The notes beneath the pieces are model-generated. The model searched no databases. It worked only from the letters and a program-made list of their open reading frames with translations, and was not told where the DNA came from. From Pyrinomonadaceae bacterium (GTDB lineage: Bacteria > Acidobacteriota > Blastocatellia > Pyrinomonadales > Pyrinomonadaceae): a stretch of 35,112 bases of DNA. The position numbers and the translations under genes are program-made. Positions 7,003 through 15,667 of the stretch are shown here, piece by piece. How positions within the stretch are numbered: position 1 is the stretch's first letter; each line of letters starts with the position of its first letter. The stretch covers positions 1 to 35,112 of the forward strand of contig DASTVU010000672.1 of NCBI GenBank assembly GCA_035758935.1. The letters run 5' to 3'.

Positions 7003-8259
7003 GTGCTTCCAAACGCTAACTTTACCGTCGACGCAGTTTACCGATCTGACTGGGGCCGGATTGTTGCAACTCTCATACGTCAGTTTGGCGATTTCGAACT
7101 TGCCGAAGACGCTGCTCAAGACGCGTTCACTGCCGCCGTCGACCAGTGGCCAACCGAAGGTATACCCGAATCACCGCGTGCCTGGATCATCCAGACAGCA
7201 AAGCACAAAGCCATCGATCGCCTGCGACGTCAGATCCGTCTTCAGGAAAAACTCGAAGCCGATCCAGACTTCGCGTCAGAACCAATCGTCGAAGGTCCAA
7301 AGCTCGATTTTGAAGAGATCCCCGACGATCGTTTACGACTGATCTTTACCTGCTGCCACCCAGCACTGTCTCTGGAAGCACAGGTCGCCCTGACGTTGCG
7401 TACTTTAGGCGGTCTTCAGACCGATGAAATCGCGCGTTCGTTCCTCGTTCCCACCGCCACGATGGCCCAGCGACTGGTGCGCGCGAAACGAAAAATCCGC
7501 GACGCAGGAATTCCTTTCAGTGTTCCAGACACGACTGAGATGCCGGCGCGTCTGGACGGTGTGTTGACCGCAATCTATCTCATCTTCACCGAAGGTTATG
7601 CACCGACGAGAGGCGCACCACTCGTGCGAGCCGATCTCTGTGCGGAAGCAATTCGACTCGGCCGTCTTCTCAGAAGACTGCTCGGTCCGAAGCCGCCTTC
7701 TGAAGCGACTGCACTCGTTGCCCTCATGTTGTTACACGACTCGCGACGCGAGGCTCGCCTGGATGAAGATGGCGATCTGGTTACGCTCGAAGAACAGGAT
7801 CGCTCGCTTTGGAACAGGGCTCAAATTGACGAAGCACTCGTTTTAGTTGATGAGGCACTCGCCGGCCAACCTGGTCCATACGCGTTGGAGGCGGCCCTTG
7901 CCGCTGAACACTGTAAAGCCGCTCGAGCTGAAGACACGAACTGGGAAGAAATCGTCAAACTCTACGATCTCCTCGCAGACCTGATGCCTTCTCCGATCGT
8001 GTCGTTAAATCGCGCCGTGGCAGTTGCAATGGCCCGCGGTCCACAAAAGGCACTCGAGTTAATCGACGAGCTCGCCGCATCGGGCGAGCTCGACGAATAC
8101 CATCTGTTACACGCAGCGCGCGCTGACATGCTTCGTCGTCTCGGATCCAATGAAGAAGCCGCTGAGAGTTACAAAACAGCTTTGCGTTTGGTCACCAACG
8201 ACAGCGAGCGCCGTTTCCTCGAGCGCCGCCTCCGCGAAGTCCGATCGTTGCCACAATAA
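7003..8259 (+). CDS. ECF-like RNA polymerase sigma factor with long C-terminal helical extension
   Basis: GTG start. Region 2 (FELAEDAAQDAFTAAVDQW) and region 4 HTH (LTLRTLGGLQTDEIARSFLVPTATMAQRLVRAKRKI), followed by about 230 aa of Ala/Leu-rich helices. This sigma class is commonly adjacent to YciI genes. Confidence 0.85.
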   Translation: MLPNANFTVDAVYRSDWGRIVATLIRQFGDFELAEDAAQDAFTAAVDQWPTEGIPESPRAWIIQTAKHKAIDRLRRQIRLQEKLEADPDFASEPIVEGPKLDFEEIPDDRLRLIFTCCHPALSLEAQVALTLRTLGGLQTDEIARSFLVPTATMAQRLVRAKRKIRDAGIPFSVPDTTEMPARLDGVLTAIYLIFTEGYAPTRGAPLVRADLCAEAIRLGRLLRRLLGPKPPSEATALVALMLLHDSRREARLDEDGDLVTLEEQDRSLWNRAQIDEALVLVDEALAGQPGPYALEAALAAEHCKAARAEDTNWEEIVKLYDLLADLMPSPIVSLNRAVAVAMARGPQKALELIDELAASGELDEYHLLHAARADMLRRLGSNEEAAESYKTALRLVTNDSERRFLERRLREVRSLPQ

Positions 8260-8265
8260 ATTCTT

Positions 8266-8354
8266 GTCACAAAAAGGCACCTAAAGCACAAAATGATTAC
8301 TTCATTTGGCGCTGTTGCTGAATTATTGTTTTGTGCTTTGTGCCTTTTTGTGGC
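8266..8354. repeat. Palindromic element, GCACAAA type
   Basis: gtcacaaaaaggcacctaaagcacaaaa ... ttgttttgtgctttgtgcctttttgtggc. Lies between convergent stops (8259 and 8371). An extra half unit ttctttgtggct runs to 8372. Confidence 0.85.
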
Positions 8355-8370
8355 GACCTCTTCTTTGTGG

Positions 8371-8835
8371 CTAAGCTCCGCCGCCTGCGGCCATCGCGGC
8401 GAGGCGCTTGTCGATCTCTTCCGGTGAAACATCTTCTTTGTGCGTCGCGACGGTCCAAACGTGACCGAACGGATCCGTCAACGTACCGGAACGATCACCG
8501 TAAAACTGGTCCTGCACAGGCTTCATCTCAGTGCCGCCGGCGGCGATAGCCTGCGGATAGATCGTGTCGACGTCGTCAACGTAGATCATCAGGCTTACGG
8601 GTGTGCCACCGAAAGCTTTTACTCCCTTGAACTGCTCGCTCGCATCGGCGAGCATGAACGGTGAATCGCCAATCTTCATTTCGGCGTGGCCAATCTTTCC
8701 TTCGTGTTCCATGCGAAACAGTTCGACGGCACCGAATGCTTTCTTGTAATACTCCATCGCGTCAGCCGCACCATCGATAACCAAATAGGGCGTTAAAGAG
8801 TGGTATCCCTCCGGAATCGGTTTCACATCTGCCAT
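8371..8835 (-). CDS. VOC (glyoxalase/bleomycin-resistance, PhnB-like) family protein
   Basis: ORF 8371..8907 trimmed to ATG 8835 (MADVKPIPEGYHSLTPYLVIDGAADAMEYYKKAFGA), which has an AAGGGGA SD and removes the overlap with the upstream gene. GHAEMKIGDS..MLAD..DPFGHVWTV are typical motifs. Confidence 0.8.
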   Translation of the reverse strand: MADVKPIPEGYHSLTPYLVIDGAADAMEYYKKAFGAVELFRMEHEGKIGHAEMKIGDSPFMLADASEQFKGVKAFGGTPVSLMIYVDDVDTIYPQAIAAGGTEMKPVQDQFYGDRSGTLTDPFGHVWTVATHKEDVSPEEIDKRLAAMAAGGGA

Positions 8836-8851
8836 AACAATTCCCCTTTCG

Positions 8852-9715
8852 TTAGTTGAGAGTCTTACTAAGTCTGGAAATTTTTCTGCCGTTGTTTTTG
8901 ACGACAACGAGCGTCATATCGTCGGTGAGCGGGCGCGGCGCCGCAAAATCCTGCACTGCGCCCAGCACTGAAAACAGCACTGCCTCCGCCGACTCGCCCT
9001 GGGCGCGGCGTAACTCGGTTTGGAGTCGCATGTTGCCAAACTCCTGCTCCGCTTCGTTGAATGACTCAAGGATACCATCAGAGCACGCTAATAGCAGATC
9101 GCCGCGCCGTAAACGGACGGTGCCGCAGTCAAACGATGCTTCCGGCACTGCCCCGAGCACTGGTCCACCGTCCGAGAGTAATTCGAGCTGTCCACCTGAA
9201 CGCAGCAACAACGCGGGCGGATGTCCGGCGCTACAGTAATCGAGTTGCTCCGTAATCGAATTGAGTCGAGCAACAAACAAACTGCTTAACGGCTCGATGC
9301 CTGCGAAACGAGCAATGTCGCGATTGACACCGGCGACAATCGTTTCCGGATCGCTGCTCCTCGCGGTATGTGTGCGAATAAGTCCAACCAGATGCGTGAC
9401 CCACATCCCTGCCGCCAACCCTTTGCCGCCGATATCGCCAAGCGCAAGGATCAGACCTTCACTCGTCTCCTCGGCACTAAAGAAGTCACCCGGCAAATGA
9501 CGAACTGCAAAGATCTCACTCGCTACATCGAAACTGCCGTGTCGCACCAGACTCGGTGCGCATAAACGGCGATGCACCTGTGCCGCTTCGAAGATCGCAG
9601 TGTTCAGCTCAGCGTAATCCTGCTGCAGCTTCTCCAATCGTTGTTCGAGCGCGCTGGAGGGCGACACAACTGTAGACTGGGGAGACGACTGGACTCCGAA
9701 TGCTGGGAGAGTCAT
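8852..9715 (-). CDS. PP2C/SpoIIE-family serine phosphatase
   Basis: GDFFSA..LALGDIGGKGLAAG..CSAGHPPALLLR..LLACSDGILES..TDDMTLVVV motifs. N-terminal coiled-coil segment. Confidence 0.85.
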   Translation of the reverse strand: MTLPAFGVQSSPQSTVVSPSSALEQRLEKLQQDYAELNTAIFEAAQVHRRLCAPSLVRHGSFDVASEIFAVRHLPGDFFSAEETSEGLILALGDIGGKGLAAGMWVTHLVGLIRTHTARSSDPETIVAGVNRDIARFAGIEPLSSLFVARLNSITEQLDYCSAGHPPALLLRSGGQLELLSDGGPVLGAVPEASFDCGTVRLRRGDLLLACSDGILESFNEAEQEFGNMRLQTELRRAQGESAEAVLFSVLGAVQDFAAPRPLTDDMTLVVVKNNGRKISRLSKTLN

Positions 9716-9724
9716 AACAGGACC

Positions 9725-10408
9725 TCATCCGACAAACTTATAGCCACTTCCGTGAACGGTAAGAATAAAACGTGGTTCTTCGGGATTCGGTTCGAGCTTT
9801 TGTCTTAAATGAACAATGTGCGTATCGACCGTACGAGTGGTTGGATAATTTTCATATCCCCAAACTGCATCGAGCAGTCGATCACGACTGAGTGTTTCAA
9901 CAGGATGAGCAATGAAATAGGCCAGTAAAGCAAACTCTTTCGCCGAGAGATCGATTACGTTTCCAGCGCGGCGCACTTCGTTGCTGCGAATGTTGACTTC
10001 AACGTCACTGAATTTATAAATCTCCGGAGCCGGCGCCGGTGATGAAGCTCGTCTTAATACGGCCTTAACACGAGCCATCAACTCACGCACTGAAAACGGT
10101 TTGGTAACGTAATCATCAGCACCCAACTCGAGACCGACAACTTTGTCGATCTCCTGACCACGAGCAGTCAGCATGATGATCGGAACTGACGGTCGCTTCG
10201 CCTTCAACTGTTTGCAAACGTCGAGTCCGCTCATGCGCGGCATCATTACGTCCAGCACGACGAGATCCGGATTGTCAGACAGTGCACGATCGAGTCCGCT
10301 CACACCATCTTCAGCGCTGATCACTTCATAACCTTCGTACTCGAAGTTATCGCGCAACCCCGCCACCATCGCCGGCTCATCTTCAACAATTAGAATTTTG
10401 GATTTCAT
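9725..10408 (-). CDS. OmpR/PhoB-family response regulator
   Basis: Receiver (ILIVEDEP..LVVLDVMMP..LTARG..K) plus winged-helix output (LSAKEFALLAYF..TVDTHIVHLRQKLE..I.TVHGSGYKF). Confidence 0.9.
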   Translation of the reverse strand: MKSKILIVEDEPAMVAGLRDNFEYEGYEVISAEDGVSGLDRALSDNPDLVVLDVMMPRMSGLDVCKQLKAKRPSVPIIMLTARGQEIDKVVGLELGADDYVTKPFSVRELMARVKAVLRRASSPAPAPEIYKFSDVEVNIRSNEVRRAGNVIDLSAKEFALLAYFIAHPVETLSRDRLLDAVWGYENYPTTRTVDTHIVHLRQKLEPNPEEPRFILTVHGSGYKFVG

Positions 10409-10426
10409 AATGCCTCGATGTTCTTA

Positions 10427-10493
10427 GCCACAAAAAGGCACAAAGCACACAGGTATGAAGAAAATAATTTGTGTCTTTGTGCTTCTTTGTGGC
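10427..10493. repeat. Palindromic element, GCACAAA type, inside an operon
   Basis: gccacaaaaaggcacaaagcacac ... gtgtctttgtgcttctttgtggc. Fills the kinase-stop to regulator-start spacer. Confidence 0.85.
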
Positions 10494-10496
10494 CAT

Positions 10497-12287
10497 TTAT
10501 GATGTCGACTGTACCAGCGGTAACCAGACAGTGAACTTGCTGCCGCTTCCGGGTGTGCTTTCAACTTCCACGTCGCCGCCGTGAGCCTGTGTTATGTGAC
10601 GCACCAGCGACAATCCGAGGCCGCTGCCCTTCGTGTTATGCACGAGCGGATCGCAGGTTCGATAAAACTTTTCAAAGATTCTCGCTTGCTCGTTTCGTTC
10701 GATGCCGATGCCACGATCGCTAACTTCGAGTTTGAGCACACCCTGATCGCGATAAAGCCTCACACACAGGAATTTTTCACTGTCGGAATACTTCAATGCA
10801 TTGTTAACCAGATTAACAAGCGCACGCGCGATCGCTTCGCGATCGACTTTCACTGCGGGAATACCGGGATCGATCTGCTCCTCGAGCGCAAATCCCTGCT
10901 GCTCGATCTGATAACGATAGGAGTCGAGCGTGTTGCGCACGAGCTCGGCGATGTCAGTCTCACGGAAGTCGTATTCCTTGCGACCTGCCTCAATTCGAGA
11001 GAAATCGAGAATGTTGTTGATTAGCGCGCTAAGCCGTTCACTCTCTTTGCGAATGATGCCGTAATACTCGTTCTTTTTTTCCGGCGTCGTGATGCGACCG
11101 AGTTCGAGTGTCTCGGCATAAAGTCGAATCAGAGCGAGTGGTGTTCGCAACTCGTGCGAGACGTTGGAAACAAAGTCAGACTTCAAACGCGCGAGGGCGA
11201 CTTGTTTGTTAACACTGCGATACGTCAAAACTAATCCACCGATCATCAAAACTGACAACACACCAAGAATCAAAAAACTCTGCCACACCCACTTCTGCCC
11301 GATTGCCTGCGCCGTGGTACCCTGAAACTTGATGCCTAACGCGAGACCGCGGAAAGGGTTATCAAGGTTGAGCGAAACCTCAGGCTTGCCGCCATTCCAT
11401 CCTGTAGACGTTGCAAAAGGCCGCTCGGGCTCTGCTTTTAAGGCATCGGACGGAAAAACCAACATGGCCAGGCGTTGTTCCTTGTGCTCTTTCAGTCCTT
11501 GTGAAGTTAACTCGTAAAAGGTTCGACCCTCACTATTTCCCGGATCGTCAGTAAGTTCTGGTGATGTGAATTCCCCCAGCAGTTCCGGAAAAAATTTTTG
11601 TCTCAAATAGTTTGGATCGAAGCTCACGCCTCCCAACACAGTGCGATCCTTGCTGAGCTGCGGAAATGCGAAGAGTGCAGTCGTAGAGTAGACAGAAGAA
11701 CCGTCTGGTCCATCAAGTTCTCCGCTATACCACATAATGGGCTTGGGCTTCTTGCATAACTGTTCCACCATGGATCGACCGTCAAGCTCCAACCACCCGC
11801 CGTACATTTTGGTCAAATTGGCGAGCTCTTTTTCGTCATTGTGCTCACGTTGCTGCTGAACTATCGCTCCCTTTTTAGCCTCAAATAGAAAGGCGTGTGC
11901 AAACCAGGGGCTCTTGTCCAGAATAAGACCGAGCTTTCGTCGCTTCTCATCGTCCGAGTCGGAATCAGATGGAAAAGCACCCATCGCCTGTTCGGTCATC
12001 TCGTAGGCTTTGCCGCTAATCTTCTTCGCGGAATTCGAGAGCAAGTACTGAAAGTCGCGATGAATCAGAGCTTCGACTTTCTTGTCACGCTGGATCGATT
12101 TAACGTGCTGAAAGTTAACGAAGATGAGAGTCAAGGCAGGCAGGACGACGGCCAATCCGAGCGTAAGAACGAGACGAAAACGAGTGTTGGTTTCTCTTCT
12201 CGACTTCATTGCGGCCAGAGGATACGCCTGAGCAGCCGGGGCTATGTCAAGCTCAGGTAAAAATTTGTTAAGAGTTGTGAACTCCAT
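10497..12287 (-). CDS. Membrane sensor histidine kinase
   Basis: Two TM segments flank a periplasmic domain of about 290 aa. H-box FVSNVSHELRTPLALI. N, G1 and G2 boxes (NLVNNALKYS, DRGIGI, GSGLGLSLV). The start is uncertain: ATG 12287 directly abuts a repeat arm, and in-frame ATG 12209 (MKSRRETN) is an alternative. Confidence 0.85.
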   Translation of the reverse strand: MEFTTLNKFLPELDIAPAAQAYPLAAMKSRRETNTRFRLVLTLGLAVVLPALTLIFVNFQHVKSIQRDKKVEALIHRDFQYLLSNSAKKISGKAYEMTEQAMGAFPSDSDSDDEKRRKLGLILDKSPWFAHAFLFEAKKGAIVQQQREHNDEKELANLTKMYGGWLELDGRSMVEQLCKKPKPIMWYSGELDGPDGSSVYSTTALFAFPQLSKDRTVLGGVSFDPNYLRQKFFPELLGEFTSPELTDDPGNSEGRTFYELTSQGLKEHKEQRLAMLVFPSDALKAEPERPFATSTGWNGGKPEVSLNLDNPFRGLALGIKFQGTTAQAIGQKWVWQSFLILGVLSVLMIGGLVLTYRSVNKQVALARLKSDFVSNVSHELRTPLALIRLYAETLELGRITTPEKKNEYYGIIRKESERLSALINNILDFSRIEAGRKEYDFRETDIAELVRNTLDSYRYQIEQQGFALEEQIDPGIPAVKVDREAIARALVNLVNNALKYSDSEKFLCVRLYRDQGVLKLEVSDRGIGIERNEQARIFEKFYRTCDPLVHNTKGSGLGLSLVRHITQAHGGDVEVESTPGSGSKFTVWLPLVQSTS

Positions 12288-12307
12288 CCACAGATTACAC
12301 AGATTTA
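12287..12307. repeat. Solo arm of the CACAGAT-type repeat (tccacagattacacagattta)
   Basis: Essentially identical to the left arm at 31766..31785. Abuts the kinase ATG. Confidence 0.6.
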
Positions 12308-12355
12308 ACCTTGCTCGCCAAACTCGGTTATATTATCGCGTCCCCGAATTTACCC

Positions 12356-12916
12356 ATGGAGTCGACCGTGAAACATTTGACGATGCAGGAACTGGAAGCG
12401 GCGCTGGACCACCTGCGACAGGCGCCGAAAGACGATGGAGTTTTGCAACTGATCGTGTGCCGTCCGGAGGAGAACCAGCGACAAGAAATGAATGAAGCTG
12501 AGTTGGATCCGCTTAAGGGTTTGATTGGCGACAACTGGATCCTCCGCGGCAGCAGAAGAACACCGGACGGATCTGCACATCCGGACATGCAGATCAACAT
12601 CATGAATGCTCGTGTGACTGCCCTCGTCGCTCAGGAGAAAGAACGTTGGGCACTCGCAGGCGATCAACTCTATATCGACATGGACCTAAGCAAAGAAAAC
12701 CTGCCGGCTGGATCGCGCATTCAGGTTGGCTCAGCGGTGCTCGAAGTCAGTCCTCAGCCACACACTGGCTGCCACAAATTCGTCGCGCGTTTCGGACTCG
12801 ATGCAATGAAGTTTGTTAATTCAGAAATCGGTAAGGAACTCTGTCTGCGCGGCATCAACGCCAAAGTGGTCCAGGCGGGATCAGTCAAAATCGGCCAAAC
12901 TGCAAAGAAGCTCTAA
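12356..12916 (+). CDS. MOSC domain-containing protein
   Basis: ORF 12311..12916 trimmed to ATG 12356 (MESTVKHLT). INIMNARV..AGDQLYIDMDLS..GSAVLEVSPQPHTGCHKF (conserved Cys)..GINAKVVQAGSVKIGQ is typical of MOSC. Confidence 0.8.
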   Translation: MESTVKHLTMQELEAALDHLRQAPKDDGVLQLIVCRPEENQRQEMNEAELDPLKGLIGDNWILRGSRRTPDGSAHPDMQINIMNARVTALVAQEKERWALAGDQLYIDMDLSKENLPAGSRIQVGSAVLEVSPQPHTGCHKFVARFGLDAMKFVNSEIGKELCLRGINAKVVQAGSVKIGQTAKKL

Positions 12917-12922
12917 AAGAAT

Positions 12923-12979
12923 TTAGCCACAGATTTACACGGATTTTATCTGTGTAGATCCGCGTAAATCTGTGGCTAA
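12923..12979. repeat. Palindromic element, CACAGAT/CACGGAT type
   Basis: ttagccacagatttacacggat (12923..12944) against atccgcgtaaatctgtggctaa (12958..12979), 21/22 complementary. Lies between convergent stops 12916 and 12984. Confidence 0.9.
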
Positions 12980-12983
12980 TATT

Positions 12984-13550
12984 CTAGGCAGCTCGTTGCC
13001 GAGAATGCCGACCTTCGGCAAACTCCTCGATCATCTTCTTATTGAACGCGGGTATATCGGCAGGCTTTCGACTCGTTATTAAGCCCCTATCTACAACCAC
13101 CTCTCGATCAACCCAACGCGCACCTGCATTTATCAGATCGCTTTTCAACGAAGGCCACGAAGTAATGGTCCGTCCCTTTACTACCTCCGAATCGATCAAT
13201 GTCCACGGTGCATGACAAATCGCTGCGACAGGTTTTCCCGTTACAAAAAATCCGTCCACAAACTCCACGGCTCTGATCATAGTTCTCAGTTTGTCAGGAT
13301 TTCTCACACCACCCGGCAATAGAAGCGCGTCATAATCATCAGAACGTGCCCGGCTCAACGGCATATCAACATGAAATGTGTCTGCCTTTTCGTCGTGATT
13401 CCAGCCCTGAACTTCGTTTTCCGCGGGGGACACAATTTCCGTTATCGCACCAGCCTCTTCCAGCGCCTTTTTCGGCTCAGTAAGTTCCACCTGCTCGAAG
13501 CCGTCGGCAACCAGAATGGCGACCTTCTTTCCCTTTAGTTTCTTCTCCAT
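12984..13550 (-). CDS. DJ-1/PfpI family protein (type 1 glutamine amidotransferase-like)
   Basis: KKVAILVADGFEQVEL..YDALLLPGG..KPVAAICHAPW (nucleophile-elbow Cys)..SRKPADIPAFN. Confidence 0.9.
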   Translation of the reverse strand: MEKKLKGKKVAILVADGFEQVELTEPKKALEEAGAITEIVSPAENEVQGWNHDEKADTFHVDMPLSRARSDDYDALLLPGGVRNPDKLRTMIRAVEFVDGFFVTGKPVAAICHAPWTLIDSEVVKGRTITSWPSLKSDLINAGARWVDREVVVDRGLITSRKPADIPAFNKKMIEEFAEGRHSRQRAA

Positions 13551-13717
13551 GAGGTCTCCTCCTTGTTCTCACAAAAATCCGCCAAACTAAGTTAGGCAAT
13601 ACAGATGCCGCTACGTATTTGAGCGTACGGTGGGTGAGAAAGGGCGAAATGGAATGAAAACGTAATGAAGCCCGACAGGAGTGTTCGGAAAAGAATCTGT
13701 GTAAGCTGGGGATGGAT

Positions 13718-15133
13718 TTAGACGACCCGGTGCTTCCAGCGGCCGAGGCGGAATACCAAGCCACTGACTACCGCCAGCGTCGAAAAGGCGATTGTCATCG
13801 AGATGAAAACACCACGGGGCCCCCATCCCAGAAACACGCCTAGGAAGTAAGCGAGCGGTATCTCCCACAACCAAAACACGAACAGATTGATGATCGTCGG
13901 CGTCCACGTATCGCCGGCGCCGTTAAACGACTGCCCCAGTACCATGCCGTAGGCGTAAAACAAAAAGCCATATGCCACGATCCGCAGGCAATCGACACCG
14001 TATTGAGCGACGTTCGGATCGTCTGTGTAAAACCAGATGATCTGTGGCGCAAAGAAAATGAAACACAGGCCAACAATCCCGAGAAAGATCATGTTGTAGA
14101 AACCTGCCTTCCAAACGGCGGTCTCCGCACGTTCCGGATTCTTGGCGCCAAGCGCCTGACCAACCATCGTCGCGGCTGCGTTAGCCATTCCCCACGACGG
14201 CAAGAGCGCAAAGAGAATCACGCGAATCCCGAACGTGTAACCCGCGACGGCGTTGCTGCCGAAACTCGAGATGATACGGACCAGTCCGATCCAACTCGCC
14301 ATGCCGATGAAAACCTGAAACGTGCCCGTGGCAGACAAGCGAATCAAACGTCCGATGATCGCCGGCTCGATGCGAAGGTGACGTCGTTCAAGATTGAATC
14401 GGCCGCCTTCACGAATCAGTTTGCTGATTGCGAAGAGTGCGCCCGTTCCACGTCCAATGTTTGTAGCGATGGCCGCGCCAACAATACCGAGCTTCGGAAA
14501 TGGTCCGAGTCCAAAGATCAAACATGGACCAAGCACGATATTGATCCAGTTGGCCAGCCACAACGTCCGCATCGCGATCGCGGCGTCGCCCGCACCGCGA
14601 AAGATTGCGTTGATCATGAACAGCATCACGACGGTGACGTTTCCAGCCAACATCACGCGCGTGAATGCCGAACCGTGTTCGACCACCCACGGTGAACCAC
14701 CCATCAGCTTCAGCAACTGCGGCGCAAGTGGAGCACCAACCGCGCCGATCACGATCGAAACGATCAATGCCAAGACAATCGCCTGTACTGCCGCACGTGC
14801 GGCGCCTTCCGGATTCCCTTCTCCAATGCGGCGCGCAATCATCGCCATCGCACCGATGCTCAATCCGATCGCGAGTGCGTAAATGAGTGTGAGTAAAGAT
14901 TCGGTGAGACCGACGGTTGCAGCAGCGTCAGTGCCGAGGTGTGATACCCAGAAAATATCGACCACAGCGAAAACGCTTTCCATGATCATTTCGAGGACCA
15001 TGGGTATTGCGAGCAGTAGAATTGAACGTCCGATCGGTCCGGTGGTGTAGTTGCGATGCGAGCCCCGGATCGATTCTTTTACGGCAGACCACAGGCTTTG
15101 TGAGTCTTCCTGAACCGCAACTGTATCGGACAT
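13718..15133 (-). CDS. MATE family efflux transporter
   Basis: ORF 13718..15172 trimmed to ATG 15133 (MSDTVAVQ); the extension reads into the repeat. About 12 TM helices and the typical GPIGRSILLLAIPMVLEM opening. Confidence 0.9.
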   Translation of the reverse strand: MSDTVAVQEDSQSLWSAVKESIRGSHRNYTTGPIGRSILLLAIPMVLEMIMESVFAVVDIFWVSHLGTDAAATVGLTESLLTLIYALAIGLSIGAMAMIARRIGEGNPEGAARAAVQAIVLALIVSIVIGAVGAPLAPQLLKLMGGSPWVVEHGSAFTRVMLAGNVTVVMLFMINAIFRGAGDAAIAMRTLWLANWINIVLGPCLIFGLGPFPKLGIVGAAIATNIGRGTGALFAISKLIREGGRFNLERRHLRIEPAIIGRLIRLSATGTFQVFIGMASWIGLVRIISSFGSNAVAGYTFGIRVILFALLPSWGMANAAATMVGQALGAKNPERAETAVWKAGFYNMIFLGIVGLCFIFFAPQIIWFYTDDPNVAQYGVDCLRIVAYGFLFYAYGMVLGQSFNGAGDTWTPTIINLFVFWLWEIPLAYFLGVFLGWGPRGVFISMTIAFSTLAVVSGLVFRLGRWKHRVV

Positions 15134-15146
15134 AAACTGGATCTCA

Positions 15147-15212
15147 AGCCACAGATTTACACGGATGGACACGGATTGTCTCTATCAGTGAAATCCGTGT
15201 AAATCCGTGGCT
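15147..15212. repeat. Palindromic element, CACAGAT/CACGGAT type
   Basis: agccacagatttacacggat(ggacacggat) ... atccgtgtaaatccgtggct. Arms differ at one position (cacagat against cacggat). Confidence 0.9.
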
Positions 15213-15220
15213 AAAATATC

Positions 15221-15568
15221 TTACCTACCGTAGTCATCTTGAAGACGGACGATGTCGTCTTCGCCGAGATAAGTTCCTCGCTGCACTTCTATGAAGACTA
15301 AATCCACATCGCCTGGGTTCTCGACGCGATGGGCCGTGCCGATGGGAATGTCGATCGCCTCGCCGGCGTTCACAGTGATCTCTTGTCCATCGAGAGTCAC
15401 TTTCGCAGTGCCTTCTACGACGAACCAGTGCTCAGCTCGTTGAGCGTGTTTCTGGTAGCTGAGTCTTTGTCCAGGCAAGACTTCAATACGCTTCACCTTG
15501 AAATTTCGATCTTCCTCAAGGACTGTGTAAGTTCCCCAGGGCCGGCGATCAAACTCCCGCATCATCAC
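15221..15568 (-). CDS. Cupin domain protein (mannose-6-phosphate isomerase type II C-terminal-like)
   Basis: RPWG.Y..L......KVKRI.V.PG..LS.Q.H..R.EHW.VV.G.A......I.VNAGE...IP.G..HR..N.G and DDIVRL.D.YGR. Confidence 0.8.
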   Translation of the reverse strand: MMMREFDRRPWGTYTVLEEDRNFKVKRIEVLPGQRLSYQKHAQRAEHWFVVEGTAKVTLDGQEITVNAGEAIDIPIGTAHRVENPGDVDLVFIEVQRGTYLGEDDIVRLQDDYGR

Positions 15569-15603
15569 GTTCCTCCTCGAATGGTGGAACGTACATTAGC
15601 GCA

Positions 15604-15638
15604 TAAAAAAACACAAAGGCTCTTTACGAGCCTTTGTG
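15604..15638 (-). terminator. Intrinsic terminator of the DegP/HtrA gene
   Basis: Minus-strand RNA: CACAAAGGCUC GUAAA GAGCCUUUGUG followed by UUUUUUU. 11-bp perfect stem, about 30 nt after the stop at 15668. Confidence 0.85.
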
Positions 15639-15667
15639 CATTTTGGTTGCCCCCTTTATATACCCGA

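Noticed and set aside
13477-13907. Minus-strand ORFs 13477..13764 and 13611..13907 in and around the DJ-1/MATE spacer
   Set aside because: They overlap the ends of two well-supported genes in other frames, have implausible composition and lack initiation signals.
14003-14882. Long antisense ORFs inside confirmed genes (14003..14695, 14394..14882, 18069..18617, 21133..21750, 25410..25970, 26082..26531, 27474..27971, 28916..29332, 33279..33806)
   Set aside because: Each lies wholly within, and opposite to, a gene with strong family motifs. The translations are Arg/Ser/Pro-rich with no recognisable domains, as is typical of shadow ORFs in moderately GC-rich DNA.
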